This document shows, in pieces, positions 1 through 11,787 of a stretch of 64,000 nucleotides of DNA. Each line of letters begins with the position of its first letter. The stretch's first letter is position 1. The DNA comes from Octopus vulgaris (lineage: Eukaryota): contig OX597826.1 of the NCBI GenBank assembly GCA_951406725.2, positions 50,282,001 through 50,346,000 on the forward strand. Direction: 5' to 3'. Under the pieces are notes generated by a model. That model saw only the letters and a program-made list of their open reading frames with translations, was not told the DNA's origin and did no database searches. The position numbers and the translations under genes are program-made.

Positions 1-1774
1 TCTCCAAATTTGAAAATTGATCATTTTTTTTTTTTAAATCAAGCTTTTCAAACTACAAATTTTGAAGTTATATTCAGTTACCAATCCAAACAGAGAAACT
101 TATTTTTTCAACTCTAGCAAATAAGCAAACAATTCATATCTAAAAGTGCAAAAAAGTAGATCACATGTGTATTTAGATATTTTAGTTTGCTGATAGTATA
201 GTAACTCTTTTGATACCAGCCTGCCCAAGAGCACCCATAGTTCTATGATATACATATTTTTGTTTTAAAATGATCTAAATTAAAACCTTCCACTAAAATT
301 TCAAGTCAATTTATGTACAAAACACCAAATGAACAATGACAAAGTTGTTTTACTAAATTCTTCATTATTTTTACAATTAACCTTTTAGTATTGCTCATAT
401 CAGGACCAAATTTTCATCCCGTTTCATGTTCATACAGGCTAGATCCAACCTCCTGTACCTATCCTACAATTTCATTCTGAAAATAAACAATCACATCATT
501 GAACTCTAGAAGCTACATGATAATCCACAATTAACTCAGAACAAATTGAATAAATAAGCATTACATTTGACAGGGTAATCTGAATGCTAAAGAGTTAATA
601 GAAACAAAGGTAACATATTTTAACAGAAATACAATAATAGAAGATTTTAAAAATATATAGGACATTACAGCATATTATACAATATGCTATTAAAACAAAG
701 GTAGTCACCTGATGATTAAGACATTATTTTCAAATACACATAATGATTTTCCTGATTTCTCTTTTCAAAATACCTGGAGCTCAAATTCCTTTAAGATAAA
801 AGTATAGGGGTAGCAAACAGTTTGAATCAAACAGCAGCATATATACACAAACTTACATATTTCCTGGCTCATAAGATGAACTTTATTCTGGAAGAACTCC
901 TTAAAAATTCCCCTACATCTCATTATTTCAATAAAATGTAAAATGTCAGCTGATAAAACATCATTCAACAACTGGGTCTGATCTTCACAATAAACCCCAT
1001 TTCGTAATGTACATCTGTATTCACACATACTAAATATATCTTGGATTTATGATTACCATATTCATTAGTTTTGTAATTAATGGTAACTAGTAGCTGTTTG
1101 GCACTGGTAACAGAATGTCATTTGTTTGATTTATGGTGAATCAATAACGCTGATGCTTCACATCTTTTGTAGGCCAACAGTAGTACCTCTGAATTAGACA
1201 CCATCTGTTACCTGTCAGTTAAGTTATTTAACTGACAACCCCTCTACAATGTTACACATGCAGAGAAGATAGGCATAATTACAAGCTACAAGTTTTGTAT
1301 ATGTCAAACAATACAGCAACTAGTACACTCTGTGAAGTTGTTGACATTAGGAAGAGTGTCCAGCCAGCATGGAAAAATGGACATTAAATGATGATGATGA
1401 TAAGAGAGGAACAAGTAGGTACACTTGTCCCCTACTCTCAAAATTGCAGGCCATAAGCTCTGGACTGATGTCCAATTCAGGGGAAATGCTGTGATGTTAG
1501 TCACTCATACACCAGGAAACCCAGGTAACCAACCTAATGAGACTTAGGGCTCAAAAATAAAAAAGCAAGTGACCTGCTACTGTACTGGTATGTCAATAGG
1601 TGAAGTCATCATAGGCAACTATAAGAGCAGAAATAACAGCCACGGTTTAAAAAATATTTTGTAATCAGTAATGATATATAGCACAGAAGATGAATTTCTC
1701 TAAGATAGCAATGATCAAAAAAAAAAAAAAACAGCCATGATAGTGGTGTTGATAACAGCACTGATTGATGTATT

Positions 1775-2860
1775 AATCATCATCATCATTTAATGTCCAT
1801 TTTCCATGCTGGCATAGGTTGGATGGTTTAACAGGAGCTGACCAGCCAGAGAGCTTTCCAGACTCCAATTGTCTAAGTATGATTTATATAGCTGGATGCC
1901 CTTTCTAACACCAACCAGTTTATAGAGTATACTGGGTACTTTTTAAGTGACACCGACATGTGTGCTTTATACATGACACTGGCATATTGTCTTTAATGTG
2001 ACACCAGCAGAGGTGCCTTTCTACATGGCACCAGCTCATCCACTTTTACGTGAAACCGAAATGGATGCTTTTTACATGGCACCAAAATGGATGCTTTTTA
2101 CATGGCACCAAAATGGATGCTTTTTACATGGCACCAAAATGGGTGCTTTTCACGTAACAACAGCACCTGCAAATCCACAAGACAATGACCTCTCAGCTGA
2201 GAGAGGTAGTGGGGGACATAGCAGAAAAGGACATGCCTGTATGTATGGATGGCCATGATTTTACTTAGCTTGATATGCCTTCTCAAGTACAGCAAATTGC
2301 CAGAAGTCTTCGCTCCTTGTCATCTCCTCAGTGAAGCTCAACATCTCAAGATCCTTTCTCACCACTTTCTCCCACGTCACCTGAGTCTACCCCTTCCAAA
2401 GGTTCCCCCCACAATTGAAGATAGACACTTCTTTATGCAGCTGTCCTCATTCATATGCATCTCATGACCATATTAGTACTGTCTTCACTCTTGCATGCAG
2501 CATCTGATATTCCTTAATACCCAATTATTTTCTCAAATCATTTACACTGACAGTCCCCACTGGACATTTGAAGAAGTTTACCCTCTATGCATTCTTAGTG
2601 TGTATTGTACCCACACATCTGTCACACACAAAGACAACTTTCTCTGTTAACCTTCCTGTGATACCACTGCACCTCTTATGTGTATATAGCTAGCACTGCG
2701 TACGCCATATGTAGTTTCTACCAATACCTTTCCGACATATCGAGCAGGGCCACCTCCCTTAAAGAGACTTGTGATTTGTCTGTTTTCCTAGTAAGTAGGA
2801 AAACAGACAAATCACAAATTCTTTCAGGGAGATGGCTTTCAGCTATTTGTGGCACTCTCA
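1775..2860 (-). mobile_element. Decayed 3' part of an RTE-clade LINE: ORF C-terminus, 3' UTR with tandem units and (GAT)n tail
   Basis: Minus strand near 2260-2420 reads, across frame disruptions, approximately GRGR...KVVRKDLEMLSFTEEMTRSEDFWQFAVLEKAYQAK*, typical of RTE ORF ends. It runs into the AAGGGCATCCAG...CCAACCTATGCCAGCATGGAAAATGGACATTAAATGATGATG tail shared with many short repeats here. Confidence 0.7.
2059..2154. repeat. 26-bp tandem repeat (~3.7 copies) inside the RTE 3' UTR
   Basis: AAATGGATGCTTTTTACATGGCACCA; the ATGG recurs at 2061, 2087, 2113 and 2139. Confidence 0.9.
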
Positions 2861-3356
2861 AGAAATATATTTCAGATTAAAGATTGATTTTGATGTAGAG
2901 ACTAGGAAACTGCTTTTAAAAACAAAAAAAATTATTGACTCATTCTAACACAAACTCAGTCTCCCTCTGAACATAGGGCCAGTATTTAGCAACATGCTTG
3001 AATTACCTGCACGAGTATTTGCAAATGTAAGCCCTGATTTTTATTTTTAAAAACGTTCATAACAACGAAATCCAATAGCAGTGAACAACATTTTATCAAT
3101 GTACAGTTATTTTACTCTAAATTTAGAAATTTTTACAAAATAAATCTTTGGCAATATATTGTCAAAAGCTTCTTATTCACACCCGAATATATATGTCGCT
3201 AATTATAGGGTGTGTTTTATCATTTTGTAAGCCGGGAACGACGGTTGCAGCAGATAAACAGAAAGTTGCGTTCCGCATTTCGGTTTTTCATTTTACTTTA
3301 GAATGGTTTTGACATGTTTGATTCAGAATGATGTTAGCTCTGGGAAATGGTAAAGC

Positions 3357-3434
3357 CACTACTTGAATCTTCATTCTTCCAAAGATGATGCCGGTCACTA
3401 CTTGAATCATCATGCTTCCATAGATGATGCCGGC
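3357..3434. repeat. 39-bp tandem duplication (2 copies)
   Basis: CACTACTTGAATC(T/A)TCAT(T/G)CTTCCA(A/T)AGATGATGCCGG at 3357 and 3396. Confidence 0.9.
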
Positions 3435-4091
3435 TAACTTTCTTTCGGCATCATCGCAACAAAAGTGCCCACCGACGTACAAAATTTTCATCGTTATTAA
3501 GTGAAGTGTAAGTTGGCTTCCGAGCAGGAAGAAACACCATCAGACGAAGGATCGCCAATTAAAAAAAAAGTTTAAAACACGCTGACTTCCTAAAAGTGGA
3601 CACGCTAAGTAAGATAATCCTAGCTACAAATATACAAAAAGACGAAATGGAATGTATTTTATTACGTCTGTTCGATCAGTACAGGCCTGGGGGCTGGACA
3701 ACAACACTAATAATGTTGGGCTATAGTATTGAAGAAGAATTCTAATTCGATTCTCTTTTTATTTCTATTCCGAAGCCATTTTTCATTAAGCGAAAAGTCA
3801 ATTCTCTAGCAATAAGCTACCTTCTCTTCGCTATTTTCTCCTACATAAAACATCTTACCAACTACGAACGAATGAACATTTATAGTTTTGAAATGGCACA
3901 GTGAATAAATTGCAACAAGGATATTATAAGCACTCCTCATATACAGATATACATGTGTGTATGTGTGCTTATAAAACACTACTTAATCTACTAAGCTAAT
4001 ACCTTATACATAACATCAGAGCGTCTGCTAGGCAGAAAAAAATATTCAAAAAAAGCAATTTAACATCGAAAATAATTTTAAAATATCTTAC

Positions 4092-4217
4092 ATTAGTTTG
4101 CTCATTCGATAAACTGATATTATCTAACTTGCGTAAAGTATGTCGACATCGCTGAAGTTTTTTCTTCACTTTTTTGTCTATGATTATCGGCATACTGGCA
4201 GACATAGGCGCCGCCAT
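4092..4217 (-). CDS. ALKBH8: Probable first coding exon of ALKBH8 (tRNA wobble-uridine methyltransferase/dioxygenase); remaining exons presumably left of the window
   Basis: ATG at 4217 in ATCATGGCGGCG context. Translation MAAPMSASMPIIIDKKVKKKLQRCRHTLRKLDNISLSNEQTN aligns without gaps to the recalled human N-terminus [28 protein letters not shown]. Phase-0 donor AAT|GTAAGA at 4091. Only 42 aa are available, and I found no second exon in 1-4090. Confidence 0.7.
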
Positions 4218-5659
4218 GATATAAAACCCCGCATTAAATATTGAGACGAGCACATGCATGTACTTTCGTTTCAACTCAAAATTGAAGAGAGATTTTTGTC
4301 TGTTTTTGTTCAATAATTTTTATTTTTAAAATTAAAAATATATAGTATATAGTTTAAGCTAGAATTTTTAATATTTTTGTTTATTTATCATTATAAAATG
4401 CAACATTTCTCCGTAGACCGGTGGACGAGATGTCTTGTAGTAATTGTGAGCTGGCAAGACGGTGAACACGTTGGGTAAAATGCTGCGCGGTCTTTCTTCC
4501 GGCTCTTTACATTTTGAGTTCAAATCCGGCCGAGATTACCTTTGCCTTTCCTACTTTCAGGATAAAAGTACTGAGTTCGATGTAATCGACTTACCCCTTC
4601 CACTAAAAATTACTGGTCTTCAACTAAGAAATGGACTGGCATCCCGTTTCAGTGGGAAAGTTCTCATCTCGGTGATACGCCAGGGAAAACGAGTAACCGG
4701 CCTCATGAGTACGAGGGCTCGAGAAAAAAATAAATAACTTGAGATCAACTTATCTAGGAGGTCGATAAAAACAAAGCACCACTCAAATTCTGGATCGATA
4801 TAATTTACTGTAGCCTTTCTTCGAAATTTGTAGATTTAAGTGGCTTTATACCTCTGTTAAAAATCTACGGGGTGGGCCAAAAGTCATGCACCAAAACATT
4901 TATATTACGTTATTAGAAGTAGAGCGGCGAGGCGAGCTGGCAAAGTGCTTAGAAGACATTTCGTCCGTCTTTACATTCTAAGTCGATAAAATAAGTAGCA
5001 GTTGAGCTCTGTCTTGCGCCAATATTTGAATCTATTATTTTATCTTTTACTTGTCTCAGTTATTTGATTGTGGCCATGCTGGGGCGCCGCCTTGAAAGAT
5101 TTTAGTGGAACAAATGGACCCAGGACTTTTTTTTAAAGCCTATTACTTATTCTATCGGTCTCTTAGCCGAACCGCTAAGTTACGGAGATGTAAACACACC
5201 GACACCGATTGTCAAGCGGTGGTGGGGACAAACACACACACACACACATATACTACACAGCTACACCTGCGCCTAGTTTCTTGCCAAGAATAGCAACATG
5301 CAGGGTACCAAACTCAGAAAAGGCTGGAGTGCGCAATACGAGCCAAATAACATTAAAAAAATATCAAGCTGAAAACAGGTGTTGCGTTCAAAGCGTTATG
5401 GGACATGCGCGCGTTTCATTAAAATGCTAAAATAATTACATAACAAATGTAGAAATGTTATGTACCTGCCTTATTTATAAAGCTTTGAATACCACACCTG
5501 TTTTCTGCTTATATAAATCTCTGTGTGTAGTGTGAGAGAAATATGCAGTGACATACATGTGAAAGATCCCTAGAGTGACGGGCACCAAACTTTGGAATTA
5601 ATAGTTATACCAGCCCCCGAACAGGACGCCATGACAATTTCCTTCTATCTCGTCTAGAG

Positions 5660-7535
5660 TAGGTGGTCACCAAACTTATGGGCCGCGAGGTCAGTTCATC
5701 TGGTCTGCCGCCACACTGTATCTTCTTTGTAAGTACCTGGATTGAGAGTTCGTTCCTGCAGCGATCCTGTTTTAACTTGCATCGCAGCGTTTAAACATTC
5801 TCTTCACAAGAATGTTCCGTTGGTCTCTTTTTTTGCTCGACTGCTAAGTTATGCAGATGTCAGCAAACCAACACTGGTTATCAAATGGTGGGGACAAACA
5901 ATGATACAGATGCATAGACATAGACACACACACACACAAGCATATGTGTATGTATATATATATATATATATATATTACTAATGTAGGATAAAATTTTTTC
6001 CGAAAAAATTTTTTTTATCAATGGCCAGCATATCAAAAAATACCTTTAAAGGTTAAATTTATAAATAACTTATAAAATAAGAGCAAGAGTAAAATTCTAA
6101 TGCCAAATATGCTGAAAAAAGACAAAATTGTCAATAACCATTATAATTTATGGGTCTCGAAACAAGCCGATAGTAATTTCTAAAAAAATCCGTAACAAAA
6201 TAGTGCATAAGATGGCAGAGCGAGGAAAACCGTTTACAGACGGCAACTTCATCAAAAAGTGCATGACAGAAGCAGGAAATGACTTGTATCCTGAGAAAGC
6301 CAATTTGTTTGGAAGCATCGGCTTTTCAGCAAGCTCAGAGTTATGGAGAACAGAAGAGCTTGGGGAGAATGCAGTGTTCTGCAGAATCAACAAAGGATTT
6401 CAGAGAAAGCTATCATTATTTGAAGTGCAACTTGGAAGGAGGAAACTTCTCTAATTTTCAGTATTTCAAAGAGTTTCGCGCTAGAATCACAGATGTCAAT
6501 CTTGAGTTTCCGAAGAAGATAATTTGTGACTTAAATAAGTATTTTTTGGAGAGTGGCTGTGTGGTAAGTAGCTTGCTTACCAACCACATGGTTCCAGGTT
6601 CAGTCCCACTTCGTGGCATCTTGGGCAAGTGTCTTCTACTATAGCTTCAGGCTGACCAAAGCCTTGTGAGTGGATTTGGTAGACAGAAACTGAAAGAAGC
6701 CTGTCATATATATGTGTGTGTCTGTGTTTGTCCCCCTAGCATTGCTTGACAACCGATGCTGGTGTTTATGTCCCTATCACTTAGCAGTTCGGCAAAAGAG
6801 ACCGATAGAATAAGTACTAGGCTTACAAAGAATAAATCCCGGGGTCAATTTGCTCGACTAAAGGCAGTGCTCCAGCATGGCCACAGTCAAATGACTGAAA
6901 CCAGTAAGGATTTTCAGATCTCGACAGAATTGAGAGTGACATTCTTCTGTCCCAGAATCCGTTTCAGTTTTGATGATGTGCCAGTCGAACTATAGTTGGT
7001 GCTCATTGGTTTGTTGAATGAGAAGCACAGAGAAGGAATAGTTGTGTAGAATTTTATCACTGCTTACCTGATAATGAGTTTTCAAATTTGAAGAAATTTG
7101 CCTCTGGTATGGCATCAGTGTTTGGAACAATTTATGTCTGTGAGCAAACATTTTCAAAAATGAAGTAACCTGAAGTTAGCACATTGAACGAGGTTGACTG
7201 ATGAATGTTTGGATGTAATTCTATTAGTTGGATGCAGCAATTCCAAAGCAAATATTGATGATATCTTAAAAGCTAAGCACCAGTTTCACAAATCTCACTA
7301 AACTTGTTTTGCTGTTTAGTCTGTGAAATTCGGATATGTGTGCATTGAGTGTGATATAACTATCTTATTGTTAACATCGCCTTCTTTGATAATTTTTTGT
7401 AAATAAATATATTGGGTTTTTTTGGGGGTTTTTTTGTATATTCACTGTATTGTATTGAACAAAATGTTTATACGGCCCGTGCTCACCATTCTCTCAGTTA
7501 TCTGGCCCTCTGTGAAAAAAGTTTGATGACTCCTG
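5660..7535 (+). mobile_element. Internally deleted hAT transposon (Charlie/SPIN/GTF2IRD2-like transposase remnants) with nested SINEs
   Basis: Perfect 8-bp TSD GTCTAGAG at 5652-5659 and 7536-7543. Ends TAGGTGGTCACCAAACTT / AAGTTTGATGACTCCTG. Transposase pieces GKPFTDGNFIKKCM...YPEKANLF (~6220-6380) and dimerisation-domain-like FSNLKKFASGMASVFGTIYVCEQTFSKM...RLTDECL (~7080-7300). Confidence 0.88.
6551..6907 (+). mobile_element. tRNA-derived SINE, family B (near full length), nested in the hAT element
   Basis: Head TGGCTGTGTGGTAAG...GGTTCAGTCCC (A/B-box-like), CTTGGGCAAGTGTCTT core, (TA)/(TG) middle, CCAGCATGGCCACAGTC tail. More than 10 copies in the window. Confidence 0.85.
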
Positions 7536-7544
7536 GTCTAGAGG

Positions 7545-7790
7545 CACAGCAATAGCTTGAGATTTAAAGGTATACATCTATTTAATATCTTGCCTGAGAC
7601 ATCTACATGGAGTGAGGATAGATGCTTTCTTGAAGCACCTTGACTTGCTGTCCAAGATCCCGGATGAACATACATCACAGCAAGAAACTCAAATGAGGGC
7701 AGCAATGTCGAACTCATTCACTAAAAGCCAACCACATGAGAATTCCATTGAAAAGGTGATGATACTGGCGGTACCCCAGCATAACCACAA
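7545..7790 (+). mobile_element. 3' fragment of a CR1/L2-group LINE
   Basis: FLKHLDLLSKIPDEHTSQQETQMRAAMSNSF resembles the FKxxLDxxLxxxPDEP...AASNSL ending of invertebrate CR1/L2-type ORF2. Confidence 0.55.
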
Positions 7791-7857
7791 CCTGTGTATG
7801 TGTAAATATATACATGTGTATATGTATGTATATGTATATATATATATGTATATAACT

Positions 7858-8180
7858 AAAGAGTCATCTTCGTAATCATAAAGCGAGATAGATGAGTGAC
7901 AACCTGGCCACTGGTGGTGGTGTAACACACCATACTAATCATATCTGTCGGGCATGTGGAAGAGAGTGTAATTCGACAGGAGGACTTAAACGACATGCAA
8001 ATGTACATGAAGCCCAGTTGCAACTACAGCCAGCTATTACCGGTAAAGGTTTTAGTTGCCAATTCTGTACAAGACATTGTAGATCTTTAGCTGGGCTAAA
8101 AAGTCACATTCGATCACAGCACCAATAACAGTTAAGCTTCATGCAATGGCCATACTCGATAACGAGGGGGCAGCCATCAT
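7858..8180 (+). mobile_element. 5'-truncated RTE-like LINE 3' end with C-terminal C2H2-type zinc fingers
   Basis: CRACGRECNSTGGLKRHANVH and CQFCTRHCRSLAGLKSHIRSQH match the CxxCxRxCxSxxGLxSH motif at RTE ORF ends. A short 3' UTR and a (TA)n tract follow. Confidence 0.7.
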
Positions 8181-8186
8181 ATATAC

Positions 8187-8230
<44 letters not shown>

Positions 8231-8239
8231 ATACATATA

Positions 8240-8270
<31 letters not shown>

Positions 8271-8274
8271 TTAT

Positions 8275-8760
8275 ATTAAGGGCATTACTATACATAAATG
8301 CCTCATGCTAGGAGGGACTCTTAAAGTCAAAACTACTATAATAATAACCACATTGTACCGAACGCGAGGGAATGCAACTCTTGAAGCGAGCCTCCTAAAA
8401 ACAGACTTAGCTGCATATCATATGATTTCGTAATTAGTGCACAAAATGCACTTTTCACTCATCAGTGCAAGCATAGTCAAGACATAAAAATAAACATATC
8501 AGACGAACATCAAATGTATCCAGCATAGTACATAGAAATTGTTTACACTTATATATCTATGTAAGAGGCAGGCTTTTCGAATTGCATTTTGGTACTCGTG
8601 TTTATTCAGAATAAAATTCAGCACGGAATATATTCCGGTTAAATTTACAATTTAAATATAGGATAAAATCTTTATAAGAATTTATCAAGTAGTTAGCGTG
8701 AAAAAACGTCATAAGGGAAAAATTTAATTATTCCCTTTCAAATTTTTCCTTGATGAGTAT
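8275..8760 (-). mobile_element. Penelope-like element remnant (pLTR-like) next to (TA)n
   Basis: Contains a minimal type I hammerhead, abuts a TA microsatellite and is AT-rich. No clear RT or GIY-YIG ORF is left, so the class is inferred. Confidence 0.5.
8404..8478 (-). ncRNA. Type I hammerhead ribozyme (HHR-1)
   Basis: Minus strand: GCTTGCA-CTGATGA-[GTGAaaAGTGCA ttttg TGCACTaaTTAC]-GAAA-TCATATGA-TA^-TGCAGC. All core residues are present and three helices form. Predicted cleavage between 8416 and 8415. Confidence 0.85.
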
Positions 8761-9047
8761 GACAACCTCTCATCTTAAAGGTGTATGCTACCCTGTCATG
8801 GTCGCTAAGGTGGCTTTTAAGATCTGCTGGCCACCTGTTGTTTCTATTGCAGGTTACACATATATATATGATCCCACCATCCATATCTGTTGATTGCCGT
8901 TGTAATGTGATATATCAATGCACCTTGTTAAGCCTGATTTCAATCAGCAGATTTGTATATAGTAAAGTTAGAATCATGAAAATGCTTGTGCCGCTTATCT
9001 GGTGATTCCAAGCTGTTGCTCAATCCAAACTAAGAAAGCAGAATACA

Positions 9048-9408
9048 GTGACGGTGATTTCAGCGCCGCCTCGACTGGCTTCCGTGTCGGTGGCACGTAA
9101 AAAGCACCATCTGAATCGTGGCCGAAGCCAGTGCCGCCTCGACTGGCTTCCGTGCAGGTGGCACGTAAAATGCACCAATCCGACCGTGGCCGATACCAGC
9201 CTTGCCTGGCTCCAGTGCAGGTGGCACATAAAAAGCACCCACTACACTCACGGAGTGGTTGGCGTTAGGAAGGGCATCCAGCTGTAGAAACATTGCCAGA
9301 TAAGACCGGAGCCTGGTGCAGCCTCCTGGCTTCCCAGATCCCCGGTCGAACCGTCCAACGCATGCTAGCATGGAGAACGGACGTTAAACGATGATGATGA
9401 TGATGATC
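9048..9408 (+). mobile_element. RTE-tail-related short retroposon, family C, with three ~65-bp internal tandem units
   Basis: GGCACGTAAAAAGCACC units, then CCACTACACTCACGGAGTGGTTGGCGTTAGGAAGGGCATCCAG and a (GAT)n tail. Confidence 0.85.
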
Positions 9409-9731
9409 CATTTGTTGTTGCCTTGGCGGGAATTTTATGTTTTTCATCTTGCAAGTTGCGTGAGAGATAATATCAGTTTCTATATTTCCTTCGTCATTAT
9501 AAATCTGCCTTTTCCAAGCTTCCCTGCCACATACGTAACACGTTATCAATAGATTCTATTTTTAAATTCTGATTTCTGTTTCTTTTACGTCAGTCTCCAA
9601 ACAACCTTTATTAGTAGTGTGAAATAAGGTAAGCTCACAGCGACCTAGTTTCATTTCCTATTTGTAGTTGTATGTATGTCCCTTCCATAATAATCATGAG
9701 GATTATAATACTGTACACTTTGATTAATATA

Positions 9732-9766
<35 letters not shown>

Positions 9767-10342
9767 CAAATAAGAAAATGGAGAAACACATTACTTGGTT
9801 TATCAGCTTTAGGATATTAGAATGTTGACTTATTTAATTATCAAAACTACAACCAAGGATTTCCCCCACTCCTAGTGCATAAGTACTAATACTTTAGCAG
9901 CATGAACAAAAGACTATATGTCCTTCCTAGTTTTTTTTTAACGATGTTAGAACATTGTTCATTGGTTGAGTGGCACTTAAGAAAATATAAATGTAAACCT
10001 GGCGGAAATTACAGATGTATTGTTCATCAGTATCCATAACAATAGAACAATTAAATAGACAATTTCATTTTTAGGTCTAATACTTTATAAATATCTTAAT
10101 GCACTTTATAATTGAATAATAATCTCTTTCAGTGAATCTAAAACATTAACTGAAACATCAATTTAAAGATGACATTGGAGGGTGTTGTTTGAGGGACAAG
10201 CAATAACTTGAGCCAAGTTATACCACCTCAATTTCTTTGAAACTCTCTCCTTTGCACTGCTAACAGCTTTTACAGAAACTATAATCACCCAAACATACTC
10301 TCTCTATCACATATTGTATAACAACTTCATGTATATCTAGGT

Positions 10343-11328
10343 CAGTGCTCCACAATCAGTATGTTGCGGCACATAGGTGTGCCATGAGACGATCCTATGT
10401 GTGCCGCAGTGTAAACTGTACATAATTTTTTTCCTATACCTTTAGTTATATTTTTAGTTCAGGTGTGCCGCTGAATTTTGAAAAGAAAGTGAATTGCAAA
10501 TGTAAAAAGGGGATCTTTTCCTTTTGAACGGCACATGTCAACTCAATTTCTAGTTAACTAAAAAGTTTTAAACTTCGTATACTGGTAGAATGTGTTTATA
10601 AAACATCATTTTTTCTTGGTTTTATTGAGAAAATTCTATATGTTGTAGCATATTTCGTTTTTAATTTCGAGCATTTCGGCAATTTTAACCAATTGCTGAC
10701 CTCCATTTCGGTAAATAACATTCTGTGCATAATGAATATGTCCCTCCTTTAAGAAACAGATAGGGTTTATTTACATTTGTGAAGAAAAAAGATACCCTTC
10801 CCCCACCCCTAACCCTAACTAACCCTAAATCTAAAATAGATTGAAATACAATAAATCAATACTAGGGTTATAATTATAGGTGACAATTTCATACGACACC
10901 GCGACAGAATGGGATTTTTTTCTAGCGGTGTCAAATGAAAATGTAACCCATAATTATGGCCCTAGTATCGATCTATTGCATTTCAATCTATTTTAGCTTT
11001 AGGGTTAGTGGTGGGGGAAGGGTATCTTTTTTTCTTCACAAATGTAAATAAACCCAATCTGTTTCTTAAAGGAGGGACATATTCATTATGCACAGAATGT
11101 TATTTACCTAAATGGACGTCAGCGATTGGTTAAAATTGCCGAAATGCTTGAAATTAAAGATGAAATATGCTACAACATATAGAATTTTCTCAATAAAGCC
11201 AAGAGAAAATGATGTTCTATAAACACATTCTACCAGTATACGAAGTTTAAAACTTTTTAGTTACCTAGAAATTATGTTACAAAGTGCTGTTCAAAAGGAA
11301 AAGATCCTAAAAAGGTTGCGAAGTACTG
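10343..11328. mobile_element. hAT (Charlie-like) MITE interrupted by a younger MITE
   Basis: Ends CAGTGCTCCACAATC / GGTTGCGAAGTACTG; degenerate TSD ATCTAGGT / ACCTAAGT. Confidence 0.6.
10511..11307. mobile_element. Fold-back MITE with GGATCTTTTCC termini and 8-bp TSD (Merlin-like)
   Basis: TIR GGATCTTTTCCTTTTGAAC with ~390-bp inverted arms. TSD TAAAAAGG at 10503-10510 and 11308-11315. Internal CCCTAA/TTAGGG units. Confidence 0.85.
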
Positions 11329-11573
11329 ACCTAAGTTTCATTATAGGAATATAAATATCTAATTAATTGCGGATTGATGAAAGGCAGAGCTCCATTTTGT
11401 GGGATTTAATTCAGAATGCTAAAAAGCAAATAAATACCATAAATCATTATACATCTGACGTCCTAACGGTTAAGCCACGGTTAAGTCCTATCTATCTATC
11501 TGTCTGTCTGTCTGTCCGTCCATCCCTCTATCCATGTATATCCATATCCATATATATATATATATATGTTCCA

Positions 11574-11613
<40 letters not shown>

Positions 11614-11787
11614 GTCTATATGCTTGTACGTATGTTTAACTGTGCCTATTTATGTACTTATGTACATGTATAGGTGCATATATTTGCTTATGTATATGTA
11701 TGTATATATAGATATATATTTATATATATATTATATTGTATGTGTATCTTGTTTCATATATATATTTATATTTTGAAAGTACTTTAT

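Noticed and set aside
857-1028. ALKBH8 exon 2 (LRNGVY...QLLNDVL resembles GNGVSRNQLLPVL)
   Set aside because: It lacks the VANGGL and RRM motifs and has no convincing phase-0 acceptor; the similarity is probably chance.
6111-6170. Degenerate hammerhead (CTGAAAAAAGAC...GTCTCGAAAC)
   Set aside because: The CUGANGA core does not match, and stems I and III cannot be formed.
7892-8128. Host C2H2 zinc-finger gene
   Set aside because: No TGEKP linkers or splice context; the motif and tail match RTE LINE ORF termini, and it is flanked by (TA)n.
9060-9240. CRISPR-like repeat-spacer pattern (GGCACGTAAAAAGCACC units; also 25914-26110 and 2059-2154)
   Set aside because: The spacers are homologous to each other, the units lie inside a dispersed retroposon, the DNA is eukaryotic and there are no cas genes.
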